A stretch of 64,000 nucleotides of DNA, from contig CBDCKW010000009.1 of the NCBI GenBank assembly GCA_965218435.1, forward strand, positions 2,944,001 through 3,008,000. The letters are read 5' to 3'. The position numbers were made by a program, and so were the translations under genes. This DNA comes from Truepera sp. (GTDB lineage Bacteria; Deinococcota; Deinococci; Deinococcales; Trueperaceae). Below are positions 1-10,388 of this stretch, one piece after another. The notes beneath the pieces were generated by a model, which was not told the DNA's origin, made no database searches, and saw only the letters and a list, made by a program, of their open reading frames with translations. Every line of letters starts with the position of its first letter. Position 1 is the first letter of the stretch.

Positions 1-434
1 TAAAAGGGTACGAAAAAGCCGCTCGGTTTTGAGATACCGGCGAGCCCCAAGTACGGCGTATCGGTCTCGCGGTCGAAGGTGCCGTTGCCGTTCTCGTCGA
101 GATATACGTCAAGCTGGGCGCGGGTAAAGTTGACGCTCGAGCCTAAACTATAGTTGTTTTGCAGTCCGGGCAGCACCACGTCGCTACTACGAAACGGGGT
201 CAGGGCGTCGGTCGAACCGGTCAGCTCGACCTCGAACTTACCGTTTTTAGGCGTTGTCGTCCCGATTTCGCGGCCCCAAACGCCACGCGTATCAACGATA
301 TGGACCCCGATGCGGGCGTTCGCGGGTAGTCCGTCGGGGGCTGAAACCGTACCGGAAACTGTGGCGCGCTGCTGCGCGGCGGCGCTCCCCCATAAACTCA
401 GACCAACTAGACCAATTAGTATCGTTCGTTTCAT
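1..434 (-). CDS. Secreted hypothetical protein, 3' end runs off the window
   Basis: Manual translation from ATG at 434 after AGGAG: MKRTILIGLVGLSLWGSAAAQQRATVSG..., signal-peptide-like N-terminus, open to the window edge. Confidence 0.7.
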   Translation of the reverse strand, partial: MKRTILIGLVGLSLWGSAAAQQRATVSGTVSAPDGLPANARIGVHIVDTRGVWGREIGTTTPKNGKFEVELTGSTDALTPFRSSDVVLPGLQNNYSLGSSVNFTRAQLDVYLDENGNGTFDRETDTPYLGLAGISKPSGFFVPF

Positions 435-780
435 GTCACTCCTAAGCCTGTGCAGCTTATCACAGCCTCTTCGCCAGACTTTGAGGGCTAGATGAGCGGT
501 GAGCCGTGAAGACGTTTAGACTTTAGCCCTCGGTTCTTTGCAAACATAACCTGTACCCGGTTGTAAGGGAGCTCGAGTCGGGCTGAGTGCGCCGCTAAAG
601 CTGCTCGCACACGTCTCTCAGCCCGAGTGAAGATTTTACTAAGAGGCTCGAGCCAGTCACCTGAGCACTATGAGCATACGCGGCCAAACGTTTCAGATTT
701 ACCCCAGCAGTCCGGCTAGCTGGCTGAGCTTTTCCTTATCTTAGTCGCAGCGGTATAGTGGGGTGCATAAGGAGACCTCA

Positions 781-1737
781 ATGACTGTTCCTTTAACGCA
801 GCAAAACCCCGTCGGCAACACTGAAACAGACGCCGGAGTGATCTGGTTCGACGGCGAACTCGTTCCGGCAGCCGAAGCCAAAATCTCGGTGCTGACGCAC
901 GCGCTGCACTACGGCACGAGCGTGTTTGAAGGGATTCGCGCCTATAAGACGGTGCGTGGTCCGGCGGTTTTCAGGCTGCCTGAACACGCCCAACGGCTCC
1001 TCGACTCGGCCAAGATTTTGGGGATGCCGACCTCTTACAGCGCGGCTGAGGTAAGTGAGGCGGTGCTCGAGACCGTCCGTCAAAGTGGGTATGAGTCTTG
1101 CTATATCCGGCCGCTCATGTGGTACGGCGCGGAAAGTTTGGGCGTCAATCCGGGCAACAATACGGTGCATTTTATGGTCGCAACGATGCCTTGGGGCTCA
1201 TACTTAGGCGACGACGCGGTGCGTGAAGGCGCAAAGCTGATGACCTCATCGTGGCGCAGAAGCCCCGGCGACGTCTTGCCGACCAAGGCTAAGGCGGGCG
1301 GTAACTACGTCAACTCGGTGCTAGCGAACCAAGAGGCCAAACGGGGCGGGTTTGACGAGGCGCTCCTCTTAGACAAAGAGGGGTTTGTCGCCGAAGGTTC
1401 GGGCGAAAATATCTTTTTTCTCAAAGGTGGGACGCTCTATCCGATTGCGCACTCGGTCAACTTGCTCGGCATTACCCGCGATTCGGTCGTTAAACTCGCC
1501 GAGTCGCTCGGCGTAAAGGTTGTGCCGACGATGGCCACCCGCGACGAGCTGTACATCGCCGACGAGGTATTTATGGTCGGGACTGCCGCCGAGGTGTCGC
1601 CGGTGTCGTCCATTGACCGCCGCCCAATTGGAAACGGCAAAGCGGGCGAGTTTACGCTTAAACTCCGTGAGCTTTACCTCAAGGCGGCAGCGGGCGAAGT
1701 CCCGGAGTTTGAAGGCTGGCTGAGCTACGTTCGTTAA
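781..1737 (+). CDS. ilvE: Branched-chain amino acid aminotransferase (class IV PLP)
   Basis: THALHYGTSVFEGIRAY, AKAGGNY, EGSGENIF, GITRDSV and DEVFMVGTAAEV motifs; AAGGAG before ATG 781. Confidence 0.95.
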   Translation: MTVPLTQQNPVGNTETDAGVIWFDGELVPAAEAKISVLTHALHYGTSVFEGIRAYKTVRGPAVFRLPEHAQRLLDSAKILGMPTSYSAAEVSEAVLETVRQSGYESCYIRPLMWYGAESLGVNPGNNTVHFMVATMPWGSYLGDDAVREGAKLMTSSWRRSPGDVLPTKAKAGGNYVNSVLANQEAKRGGFDEALLLDKEGFVAEGSGENIFFLKGGTLYPIAHSVNLLGITRDSVVKLAESLGVKVVPTMATRDELYIADEVFMVGTAAEVSPVSSIDRRPIGNGKAGEFTLKLRELYLKAAAGEVPEFEGWLSYVR

Positions 1738-1767
1738 AGCTCCTGTAGCCTCGCGCCTCGACCAAGT

Positions 1768-1799
1768 AAACGGGTTCTGCAAGAGCAGAACCCGTTTTT
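1768..1799 (+). terminator. Intrinsic terminator after ilvE
   Basis: AAACGGGTTCTGC-AAGA-GCAGAACCCGTTTTT. Confidence 0.85.
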
Positions 1800-2283
1800 A
1801 GCTGCGCCACAAAGGGACGACTGACGTATCATTCAAACCAGCAAGACGAGAACCGACCTATCTAGGGTTACGCCGGTCTGTGTAACGAAAAGCTCGGCTG
1901 TTTCGTTTGACCTCGAGAAGGTTTGCACAGTACGCTTTTTTCAGTACCCTGAAGCTCTTAAGCCGCTAGTTACCGCTGTGTCAAAAAGCATAAAATGCCG
2001 AAAATTACACCGCTTCTCTGCAGATCAGGTGTTTATCCTAGCTTTACTTGTTTAACTTTCTCACCCCTGTAAGCGTCGGTAGCGTTGCCGAGCGGCAGAG
2101 ACTGGAGGCGACTGGTGATGGAGACGGATGGGCTCGAGCTTTATACACATTATGTGGGTGGTCTGTAGTGAGATTGCCAAGGACAGTGCATATGCTGAGA
2201 GTACTCAGCCGTGCATGACTTTTGGACGTACGCGACACTACTGACCTACAGCACTGACGATAAGGAAGGTTGGAGGTAGCTTC

Positions 2284-4596
2284 ATAACTATCTATTACGG
2301 TCATACTTACCCTGGCGACAAGACTAAGCAACGTTGGCAGTATATGAAAGATCATGCTTTAGAAGTGGCACAACAGGCACAAGACAACGCTGAACCCTTT
2401 GGTGAGGGCAATCGCGCTTACCTCGCGGGACTACTACACGACCTTGGCAAGTATGGCGAGCTGTTTCAACGGCGTCTGCTAGGACTGGAAAGTGGCCTTG
2501 ACCACTGGTCTGTTGGGGCCTGTTGCGCCAAACAAGCGTTCAAGGACGCTACCTCGACTTTGGTGATTCAGGGGCATCACATCGGCTTACAAGCTGGCGA
2601 CGCCGACACGTTACGCGCATTGACGTTAGACACCTTGAAGCAAAAGCACCCACTTGGATTGCGCCTGACCGAACCAGAACCCGACCAGACTAACATCAAA
2701 AAGTTGATAGGACGATTTCACGCCGACGGTTTGAAATTGCCGAACCCTACGAAAGGCGAGCTGAAACAGGGCCAATCCGCCGCAGACATGTTGGATACAC
2801 GAATGCTGTTTTCGGCACTGGTGGACGCGGACTATCTGGACACCGAGGAAGCCATGCGCCCTGCCAACGTAGACCCGCGCCCAGATGGGGAAAGGCTAGA
2901 CGCTGCCCACGCTTTGGTAGCTTTGGAAAACTACTTGGCAGAACTTGGGGAGAACACGGACATTCCTACTGAGACACGTTTTTTGCGTGCCGACTTGATG
3001 AACGCCTGCCGCACGGCAGGCGAGACACTCGAGCGACTGTGGACACTCACAGCACCCACAGGAAGCGGTAAAACGCTTGCTATGCTGCTTTTTGCCTTGA
3101 CCCGCGCAGCTCAGTTGCAAAACACCAGGCATCCTATCCGGCGCATCGTGGTCGTACTGCCTTTTCTTAGCATCCTTGACCAGACGGCGGACGAGTACCG
3201 CAAATTGTTCGGAAAGGCGGGCTATGGTGTCAATTTCGTGTTGGAGCATCACAGCCTCTCAGGAATTCGTACTGATGAATCTAAAGCAGGCCAGGATGAC
3301 GGCGAGGTCAACCATTCGGGGGCAGAGGCGCGACAGTTCGTGCAGAACTGGGACGCACCCATCATCATCACGACCAGCGTGCAACTACTGGAAAGTCTGC
3401 ACGCTAATAAACCTGGAGCCTGCCGAAAATTGCATCAACTTGCACACAGCATCATTTTGCTGGACGAAGTACAGACGCTTCCTACTTCGCTTGCTATACC
3501 GACACTAAAAACCCTATCACGCCTGACTCACGAAAAGTACGGCGCAGTAGTAGTCATGGCAACCGCGACCCAGCCCGCTTTTGACACCCTCAGCGAAAAA
3601 GTGAAGGAAGCAGGCAACGACGGTTGGCAACCCCGCGAAATGGCCCCGCGTGAACTAAAACTTTTCGAGCGTTCCAAGCGCGTTGAGCCTGTGTGGAAGC
3701 TGGAAACACCCGTGTCTTTTGACACGGTATCGGACTGGATTCGAGACGATGAAGAAGGGCAGGTGCTATGCATCGTAAATATGCGAAAGCACGCGCTCGA
3801 GCTAGCTGAAAAGCTGAAGGGTTCGGAAGGCTTAAAACACGTTTCAACCTATCTTTGCCCTGCTCACCGCCGAAAAATTATGGATGAGGTACGCGCTGCG
3901 CTGAAGGATGGGCAACCTATGCGCGTGGTCGCTACGCAATGCGTAGAAGCGGGTGTGGACTTGGACTTTCCCAAAGTATTCCGGGCACTCGGCCCTCTCG
4001 ATTCCATCGCACAGGCCGCAGGTCGCTGCAACAGGCACAAAAAGCGTCCTAGTGGGGAATTGCGGGTATTTTTGCCGGAAGAGGAGAAATACCCTACGCC
4101 TGCCTACCGCAAAGCCGCACAAATCGCTCTGACCATGTTTCGTGAAGGCAGACTAAATATAGACGAACCAGATACCTATCGCCGTTTCTACGAGCGGCTT
4201 TGGCATTTCGAAACTACCGATTTAGACGAACTCCGCGAAGCTGTGGTACGACAGGATTACCCGGAGGTTGCCCGCTTATACCGCTTAATTCCCAACGACA
4301 GCGTGAACGTGGTTGTTCCTTACAGTAAAGGTAAGGAGCTTATCCACGAGGCGCAGCAGTCGGGCATCACACGGTACTGGATGAAACAGGCTCAGCTTTA
4401 TACCGTATCGGTCTTCCGGCGACGTGACGGCACGTTGCCCCCGCACCTCGAGCCCGTAAATTACCGCTCGAGAGGAGGTGCAATGTCTCAGCAAGCACCC
4501 GACTGGTACGTTTGCCCGCACACCGAGGCTTACGACGAAAACCTATTTGGCTATCTGCCCGACGGAGGCGAAGCCGACCCGTTCACCAAATGGTAA
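2284..4596 (+). CDS. cas3: Cas3 HD nuclease-helicase, type I-C (probable ATA start at 2284; first ATG at 2344)
   Basis: LLHDLGK HD motif, SALVDADYLDT, APTGSGKT, DEVQ, ATQCVEAGVDLDF, QAAGRCNR; upstream in-frame YYGHT..W and GGAGGT SD. Confidence 0.95.
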   Translation: MTIYYGHTYPGDKTKQRWQYMKDHALEVAQQAQDNAEPFGEGNRAYLAGLLHDLGKYGELFQRRLLGLESGLDHWSVGACCAKQAFKDATSTLVIQGHHIGLQAGDADTLRALTLDTLKQKHPLGLRLTEPEPDQTNIKKLIGRFHADGLKLPNPTKGELKQGQSAADMLDTRMLFSALVDADYLDTEEAMRPANVDPRPDGERLDAAHALVALENYLAELGENTDIPTETRFLRADLMNACRTAGETLERLWTLTAPTGSGKTLAMLLFALTRAAQLQNTRHPIRRIVVVLPFLSILDQTADEYRKLFGKAGYGVNFVLEHHSLSGIRTDESKAGQDDGEVNHSGAEARQFVQNWDAPIIITTSVQLLESLHANKPGACRKLHQLAHSIILLDEVQTLPTSLAIPTLKTLSRLTHEKYGAVVVMATATQPAFDTLSEKVKEAGNDGWQPREMAPRELKLFERSKRVEPVWKLETPVSFDTVSDWIRDDEEGQVLCIVNMRKHALELAEKLKGSEGLKHVSTYLCPAHRRKIMDEVRAALKDGQPMRVVATQCVEAGVDLDFPKVFRALGPLDSIAQAAGRCNRHKKRPSGELRVFLPEEEKYPTPAYRKAAQIALTMFREGRLNIDEPDTYRRFYERLWHFETTDLDELREAVVRQDYPEVARLYRLIPNDSVNVVVPYSKGKELIHEAQQSGITRYWMKQAQLYTVSVFRRRDGTLPPHLEPVNYRSRGGAMSQQAPDWYVCPHTEAYDENLFGYLPDGGEADPFTKW

Positions 4597-4605
4597 GGAG
4601 ATTCA

Positions 4606-5358
4606 ATGACTCAGGAGCGAAGTCCCGCCAAAACTTTTGTACTCGAGGTTTGGGGTGATTATGGATGTTTTACCCGTCCGGAGCTAAAAGTAGAGAGGTT
4701 CAGTTATCCGGTCATTACCCCCAGCGCAGCCCGCAACATTTTTGATGCGATCTATTTGGAGTTCGATAAAGATACTAAAAAACCTGCCCACCGCTGGGAG
4801 ATAAGCCGCGTCGAGATTTTGGAACCTGTGCGCTATGTAGCACTGATGAGAAACGAGGTCAAGGAGAAAATCAGTGCTGCAAGTGTGAAAAAGTGGATGA
4901 AGAACCCGGCGGATTTGACTCCTATTTACGCCGACGCCACTAAGAGTGAGTCAGGAACCGACACCAAAGGCCGAACCCAGCGGCAAACGATGGCTCTGAA
5001 GAGTCCGTGTTACCGCATTCATGCCCACGCCGTGCTGTTTCAGGAAGACCACAAACTCAGGCAAAAGATAGAGCGAAGCTTTGAACGCCGCGCTAAAAGA
5101 GGACAGTGCATCTATCAGCCTTATCTTGGGTGTCGGGAATTTGCCGCCTCATTCGAACTGATGACAGAACCAGAAAAATCTCCTACAAACCATAACGAGG
5201 AAGTCGGTTGGATGCTCTACGACGTATTTGACCTTTCGCGCCCAGGCAGCAATAAGGACAAGCCACGCGTCAGTTTGTTTGAAGCAAAAATCGAAAACGG
5301 CGTGTTGAAAGTTCCGCGCTACGACAGTCCCGCAGTGCGTAAGCCGGGGAGGGTGTAA
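4606..5358 (+). CDS. cas5c: Cas5c (Cas5d), type I-C crRNA-processing subunit
   Basis: [44 protein letters not shown]. Confidence 0.95.
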   Translation: MTQERSPAKTFVLEVWGDYGCFTRPELKVERFSYPVITPSAARNIFDAIYLEFDKDTKKPAHRWEISRVEILEPVRYVALMRNEVKEKISAASVKKWMKNPADLTPIYADATKSESGTDTKGRTQRQTMALKSPCYRIHAHAVLFQEDHKLRQKIERSFERRAKRGQCIYQPYLGCREFAASFELMTEPEKSPTNHNEEVGWMLYDVFDLSRPGSNKDKPRVSLFEAKIENGVLKVPRYDSPAVRKPGRV

Positions 5359-7349
5359 TGCTCGGCGCACTCATCAAGCAAGCACAGCACGCTGGACTGA
5401 TCGTCGAACCCGGTTTTGCGCCTAAAGAAATTCGCTGGATGGCACAAATTTCAGACGATAAGTTGACAGGCGTCGTTCCGCTACTGAACGGGAAGAAAGG
5501 CATGACTTTCGCGCAGTGTCCAGATTTGAGTCATCCAAATATGAAAGCCCTTCCCAAAGCACTTGGCAAACCTCAGGCAGCACATTTCTTGGCGGACACC
5601 TGCAGCGTGGTAGCACTGCTCCAAGCCCTAGACAGGGAGGGCCGACCCAAAACCGACCCTGAAAGCATCGCTAAGCACATCCAGAATAAAGACAAACACT
5701 CTACATACCTCGAGTTGCTAACTCAAGCCGCTAAGAAGGTGCCGGAGCTTTCATCCGTCGTGACGGTGCTGAGAGATTCCGAGCAACTCCGCACCGAACT
5801 GATGCGACATGGGGCCAAGCCTACCGACAAGCTCAGCTTCATGGTAGGCGAACTCGACTTGCTCCAAAGCGATATTTGGCATGACTGGTGGCGCAGCTTC
5901 CGCCGGGAGACGTTTGGGCGCGAAGGCAGCAACACGGGCGGCGAAATGTTGGATTTTACCAGCGGAGAACCCGTCATACCTGCCAACACACATCCAAAAC
6001 TAACAAAACTTGGCGTAGGCGCAATTGCTATGGGCGCTCCCCTTGTCGGCTACGACAAGGACGCCTTCAGCTCGTATGCGCTTATAGCAGGCGAGAACGG
6101 CGCAGTCTCCGAAGAGAATGCCACTGCTTACCGCGCTGCACTGGATAACCTGCTGAGCAAGGCTCCAGTTCTCGGTCAGATGAAAATTGCCGCATGGTTT
6201 GACCACCGTCAGGCCGAAGGGCAAGCTCTGATTGATGCGATTGAAAATCCAGCAACCCTTGCTGAAGCTGCCGAGGATTTCAGTTGGGATGATTGGGATG
6301 ACACCGAGGAAGTTCAAATCATCTCGACTTTAGAACAGCAGGAAGCCGCCGCCAAGGAACGCGCCCACAAACTACTGACAGCTATACGAAAGGGTGAGGA
6401 ACCCGATAACATGACCGCGCACTATTTCGCCCTCGCTATAAGCGGCGCGAGTGGACGAGCAATGGTACGCGACTGGAAAACCGGAAGCCTGGAAAGTCTT
6501 GCCGAGGCTGTCACAACTTGGTTCGAAGACCTTGCTATCACTAATCTGAGCCGGAAACGAGCGAACCGCCCTAAATTTTTTAGCCTGCTGATGAATGTCC
6601 AGCGACCCAAACGACCAGAAACTGGTATGGACGACTATCTCAAACCCATTCGCAATCTTCAGCTTCCGCTTTGGCGGGCTGCAATCGATCCAAACACACC
6701 CATCCCTTTTGCTGCTGTTGCCAAGCTCATGGAAGCACACAAAGCGCACGTTATGACAGGAAAATTTACTGAAGCCCTAAGCCGTGAGGGGGTCAGCGAG
6801 GAAAAAGGTCGCGTATACACGCGTATGGCTCTGCTACGGGCCTACCAAAATCGCAAAGCACGTATTCAAATTGCTCGAGGGCAAGGAGGCTATCCCATGC
6901 AAAGTTCCGTTGACCCTAACCATCCCAGTTCCGCTTACCACTGCGGACGACTGATGTACTTGCTTGCCAACTTGCAGGAAGCTCAGGGAGATAACATCAA
7001 TGCTGGCGTGGTGCAGCGCTATTACGGCGCAGCAAGCAGCACACCGGCACTGGTACTCGGGCGTCTGACACGCCTGAGTCAGCACCACATCGCCAAGATT
7101 TCACGGGACAGGCCGGGGTTAGCTTTCTCATTGGAGAAGGAAATTGCCTCGGTGTGGGCTGTCCTTGGCAAATCACTACCCAAAACGCTTTCGCTCGAGG
7201 AACAAAGTTTGTTTGCACTCGGCTATTACCAGCAGCTTGCAGATAGCGTCGCCACCCGCCGGGAAATCTCTGCCCAGCGCAAGGCCGAAGCTGCCGCGAA
7301 AGCCAATACTGACACAAGCACTGTGTCCCATACCGAAAAAGGAGAATAA
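5358..7349 (+). CDS. cas8c: Cas8c/Csd1 large subunit
   Basis: Position between cas5 and cas7; AFSSY and [35 protein letters not shown] motifs. Confidence 0.92.
   Translation: MLGALIKQAQHAGLIVEPGFAPKEIRWMAQISDDKLTGVVPLLNGKKGMTFAQCPDLSHPNMKALPKALGKPQAAHFLADTCSVVALLQALDREGRPKTDPESIAKHIQNKDKHSTYLELLTQAAKKVPELSSVVTVLRDSEQLRTELMRHGAKPTDKLSFMVGELDLLQSDIWHDWWRSFRRETFGREGSNTGGEMLDFTSGEPVIPANTHPKLTKLGVGAIAMGAPLVGYDKDAFSSYALIAGENGAVSEENATAYRAALDNLLSKAPVLGQMKIAAWFDHRQAEGQALIDAIENPATLAEAAEDFSWDDWDDTEEVQIISTLEQQEAAAKERAHKLLTAIRKGEEPDNMTAHYFALAISGASGRAMVRDWKTGSLESLAEAVTTWFEDLAITNLSRKRANRPKFFSLLMNVQRPKRPETGMDDYLKPIRNLQLPLWRAAIDPNTPIPFAAVAKLMEAHKAHVMTGKFTEALSREGVSEEKGRVYTRMALLRAYQNRKARIQIARGQGGYPMQSSVDPNHPSSAYHCGRLMYLLANLQEAQGDNINAGVVQRYYGAASSTPALVLGRLTRLSQHHIAKISRDRPGLAFSLEKEIASVWAVLGKSLPKTLSLEEQSLFALGYYQQLADSVATRREISAQRKAEAAAKANTDTSTVSHTEKGE
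6897..7349 (+). CDS. cas11: Cas11c small subunit translated internally within cas8c (150 aa)
   Basis: AAGGAGG at 6883-6889 followed by an in-frame ATG at 6897, at the start of the C-terminal helical domain. Confidence 0.75.
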   Translation: MQSSVDPNHPSSAYHCGRLMYLLANLQEAQGDNINAGVVQRYYGAASSTPALVLGRLTRLSQHHIAKISRDRPGLAFSLEKEIASVWAVLGKSLPKTLSLEEQSLFALGYYQQLADSVATRREISAQRKAEAAAKANTDTSTVSHTEKGE

Positions 7350-7351
7350 CC

Positions 7352-8353
7352 ATGACCCAGCCCTCTGCGCCTATCCGCAACCGTTACGAGTTCTTACTGC
7401 TGTTAGATGTAGAAAACGGTAATCCCAACGGCGACCCCGACAGCGGTAATGCCCCTCGTATTGACCCGGAAGATGGGCATGGTCTGATTTCAGATGTTGC
7501 CATCAAACGCCGCCTTCGCAACTATGTACAGGCTGCAGGAGAACAGATTTTTATTCAGCACGGCACGAACCTAAACCGTGAGATTTTCCGCAGCCGTACT
7601 GAAACAGGCGGCACGAGCAAGAGTAAAAATGATGTGGACAAAGCCAAAGCGTGGATGTGCAGCAACTTTTACGACGTTCGCACGTTTGGTGCAGTAATGA
7701 GTACCGGCGCAAATGCAGGGCAGGTGCGCGGCCCCGTGCAAATCACTTTTGCCCGCAGTATCAACCCGGTGTTCAGCATTGAGGCCAGCATTACTCGAGG
7801 TGCAGTGGCCGAAGACGTAAAAACCGCGAAAACCGTCCAAGATTTTCTGGACTGGGAGGCCAAACAAGACGAAGATAAGCTCCGCACAATGGGGCGCAAG
7901 AGCCTGATTCCTTATGGCTTGTTTGCGGCAAAAGGCTTTATCAGCGCCCATCTTGCTGGCGGTACAGGCTTTAGCGAAACTGACCTGAAACTGCTGATGG
8001 AAGCCCTGATGAGCATGTATGAGCATGACCGTAGCGCCAGCAAGGGTCAAATGAGTAGCCGTCGCCTTTTCGTGTTCAAGCATGTTGGGACAGACAGCGA
8101 CGAGCAGCAACGTCAACGTCAAGCTGTGCTCGGTTGCGCTCCGGCGCACAAGTTGCTGGACTTGGGGCAAGTTGTCAGTGTGAAACTCGAGGACGATAGT
8201 AAACCCGCCCGCCGCTTTAGTGACTACCGAGTGACCGTAAACACCACTGCCTTGCCTGCAGGTGTAGAAATGCTTGACTTGGACGTATGGGATTTAGGCA
8301 AGTATCAAGGCGAGTGGGAAAAGCAAGCGTCTTCGTCAGAAAACCCGAAATAG
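7352..8353 (+). CDS. cas7c: Cas7c/Csd2 backbone subunit
   Basis: [50 protein letters not shown]. Confidence 0.95.
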   Translation: MTQPSAPIRNRYEFLLLLDVENGNPNGDPDSGNAPRIDPEDGHGLISDVAIKRRLRNYVQAAGEQIFIQHGTNLNREIFRSRTETGGTSKSKNDVDKAKAWMCSNFYDVRTFGAVMSTGANAGQVRGPVQITFARSINPVFSIEASITRGAVAEDVKTAKTVQDFLDWEAKQDEDKLRTMGRKSLIPYGLFAAKGFISAHLAGGTGFSETDLKLLMEALMSMYEHDRSASKGQMSSRRLFVFKHVGTDSDEQQRQRQAVLGCAPAHKLLDLGQVVSVKLEDDSKPARRFSDYRVTVNTTALPAGVEMLDLDVWDLGKYQGEWEKQASSSENPK

Positions 8354-8440
8354 CGCGGCCTATGAAGGGAATTGTGTATACCTCTCCTGATACTATTTGT
8401 CACTTTGGTTTGGAGCTGGTACTTAAGCAGGAACACACCC

Positions 8441-9061
8441 ATGCTTGATCCCATCCCCATCTCCGCCCTGCAACACTTCCGCTACTGCCCCCGCCAATGT
8501 GCGCTTATTCACATCGAGCAAACCTACGACGAAAACCTCTATACCCTGCGCGGCAACCACGTGCATGAAAAGGCGCACGAACCTGAACGGGACATGATTG
8601 CGGGGGTAAGGCTCGAGCGCGCCCTCCCCCTTTATTCCGAAACGTTGGGACTTATCGGCAAGGCGGACATCGTGGAATTTTTGCCGGACGGGACGCCTTA
8701 CCCGGTCGAATACAAGGCGGGCGCACGGAAAAAGCGTGAAGCGGACGACGTGCAGCTCTGCGCCCAGGCGCTCTGTTTAGAAGAGATGCTGGGCGTGACC
8801 GTACCCGAAGGCAGCATCTACTACGACCGTTCACGCCGCAGGCGGGTTGTACCCTTTACCGAAACGCTGCGGCGCACCGTGCGAGAGACCGCCGAGGCAG
8901 TGCGCGCCCTCTACGACCGGGAGACACTCCCCGAACCCGCCGCCGACGAGCGCTGCCGCGCCTGCTCTTTAATTGACGCGTGTATGCCCTTTGAACTGCA
9001 CACGCCGACCCTACCCGATCCTTTTCAGCTTCAGGACGCCGAAGCCCGGAGCAACCCGTGA
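8441..9061 (+). CDS. cas4: Cas4 nuclease
   Basis: ISALQHFRYCPRQ, GKADIVE..PVEYK, QLCAQALCLEEM and C-terminal CxxCxxxxxC Fe-S cysteines. Confidence 0.95.
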   Translation: MLDPIPISALQHFRYCPRQCALIHIEQTYDENLYTLRGNHVHEKAHEPERDMIAGVRLERALPLYSETLGLIGKADIVEFLPDGTPYPVEYKAGARKKREADDVQLCAQALCLEEMLGVTVPEGSIYYDRSRRRRVVPFTETLRRTVRETAEAVRALYDRETLPEPAADERCRACSLIDACMPFELHTPTLPDPFQLQDAEARSNP

Positions 9062-10089
9062 AAGAACTGCTCAACACGCTCTATATCCAGACGCAGGGCA
9101 GCTATCTGCGGCTCGACCACGACACGCTCAAGATCGACGTAGAAGGTAAAACGGCGGCGCAGATTCCGCTGCATCATCTGGGCGGACTGGTCGTTTTCGG
9201 TAACGTCTTGCTAAGTCCCTTTTTAATTCACCGCTGCGCCGAGGACGGGCGCAGTATCGTCTGGTTGACGCAAAACGGACGTTTTAAGGCGCGGCTCTTT
9301 GCGCCGACAAGTGGCAATGTCCTTTTGCGCCGCGCGCAACACTCGGCCCTCGACAATGCAGACAGGACGCTTTCTGTCGCCCGCCTGATGGTCGCAGGCA
9401 AACTGCAAAACGCCCGCACGGTACTCCTGCGGGTCGCGCGTGAGGCGAGCAGCCTCGAGGCTGAGCAGGGTCTCCGCGACGCCGCCACCTTGCACGCTAG
9501 GGCCATCACCACGCTGCCGCGCCTGCGCTACTTAGACGAAGTGCGCGGCGCAGAAGGCGACGCCGCCCGGAGCTACTTTGCCGTCTTTAACGAAATGATT
9601 CGCAGCGATAAAGACGCCTTTACCTTCAGCGGGCGCAACCGCCGCCCACCCCGTGACCGCGTAAATGCACTGTTGTCATTTGTCTACGGGATGCTCCGCA
9701 ACGAATGCACCTCGGCCTTGGAGGGCGTCGGCCTCGACCCCCAGGTAGGTTTTTTACACGCCCTGCGCCCCGGTCGTCCCGCCTTGGCGCTCGACCTGAT
9801 GGAAGAGCTGCGCGCGCCCTTAGCCGACCGCTTCGTGCTGACCCTTATCAATCTGGGACAGGTCAAACCGGGCGGATTTGTTCTTCGGCCCGGCGGCGCA
9901 GTCGAGCTCACCGAAGACACCCGTAAAGCCGTCGTCGTCGCTTATCAGAAACGCAAACAAGACGAAGTGACGCACCCGGTGCTTAAAAAGCCCGTCCCGC
10001 TCGGTTTGGTACCGCACCTGCAGGCGCGGCTTTTAGCTCGGCATCTGCGCGGCGACCTGCTCGAGTATCCACCCTTTTTGTACCGTTAG
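9058..10089 (+). CDS. cas1: Cas1, type I-C
   Basis: LLNTLYIQTQG, RGAEGDAARSYF, RPPRDRVNALLSFVY, GLDPQVGFLH, LALDLMEELR. Confidence 0.97.
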   Translation: MKELLNTLYIQTQGSYLRLDHDTLKIDVEGKTAAQIPLHHLGGLVVFGNVLLSPFLIHRCAEDGRSIVWLTQNGRFKARLFAPTSGNVLLRRAQHSALDNADRTLSVARLMVAGKLQNARTVLLRVAREASSLEAEQGLRDAATLHARAITTLPRLRYLDEVRGAEGDAARSYFAVFNEMIRSDKDAFTFSGRNRRPPRDRVNALLSFVYGMLRNECTSALEGVGLDPQVGFLHALRPGRPALALDLMEELRAPLADRFVLTLINLGQVKPGGFVLRPGGAVELTEDTRKAVVVAYQKRKQDEVTHPVLKKPVPLGLVPHLQARLLARHLRGDLLEYPPFLYR

Positions 10090-10097
10090 GGGAACCT

Positions 10098-10388
10098 GTG
10101 AACGTCCTGGTAACTTACGACGTCAACACCGAAACCAAAGCCGGACGCCGCCGCCTCTTCAAAGTCGCGCAAACCTGCAAGAGCTTCGGTCAGCGGGTAC
10201 AGTATTCGGTATTCGAGTGCCGGGTCGATGCCGCGCAGTACGAAGACCTCACGGTCAAACTCAAAAAGATCATCAACCCGGCGAGCGACAGCCTCCGCAT
10301 CTATAAATTGCGCGGTGAGCGCGACGAGTTTTTGTCATGCTTCGGCCTCGACCGGCACATCGACTTCGATGAACCTTTAGTCCTTTAG
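10098..10388 (+). CDS. cas2: Cas2
   Basis: VLVTYDV, GQRVQYSVFEC, DSLRIY. Confidence 0.97.
   Translation: MNVLVTYDVNTETKAGRRRLFKVAQTCKSFGQRVQYSVFECRVDAAQYEDLTVKLKKIINPASDSLRIYKLRGERDEFLSCFGLDRHIDFDEPLVL

Noticed and set aside
8372..8440. Apparent hydrophobic N-terminal extension on Cas4
   Set aside because: Homology starts at ATG 8441; the extension is probably read-through of intergenic DNA
2284..10388. Absence of cas6
   Set aside because: Normal for type I-C, where Cas5c processes crRNA
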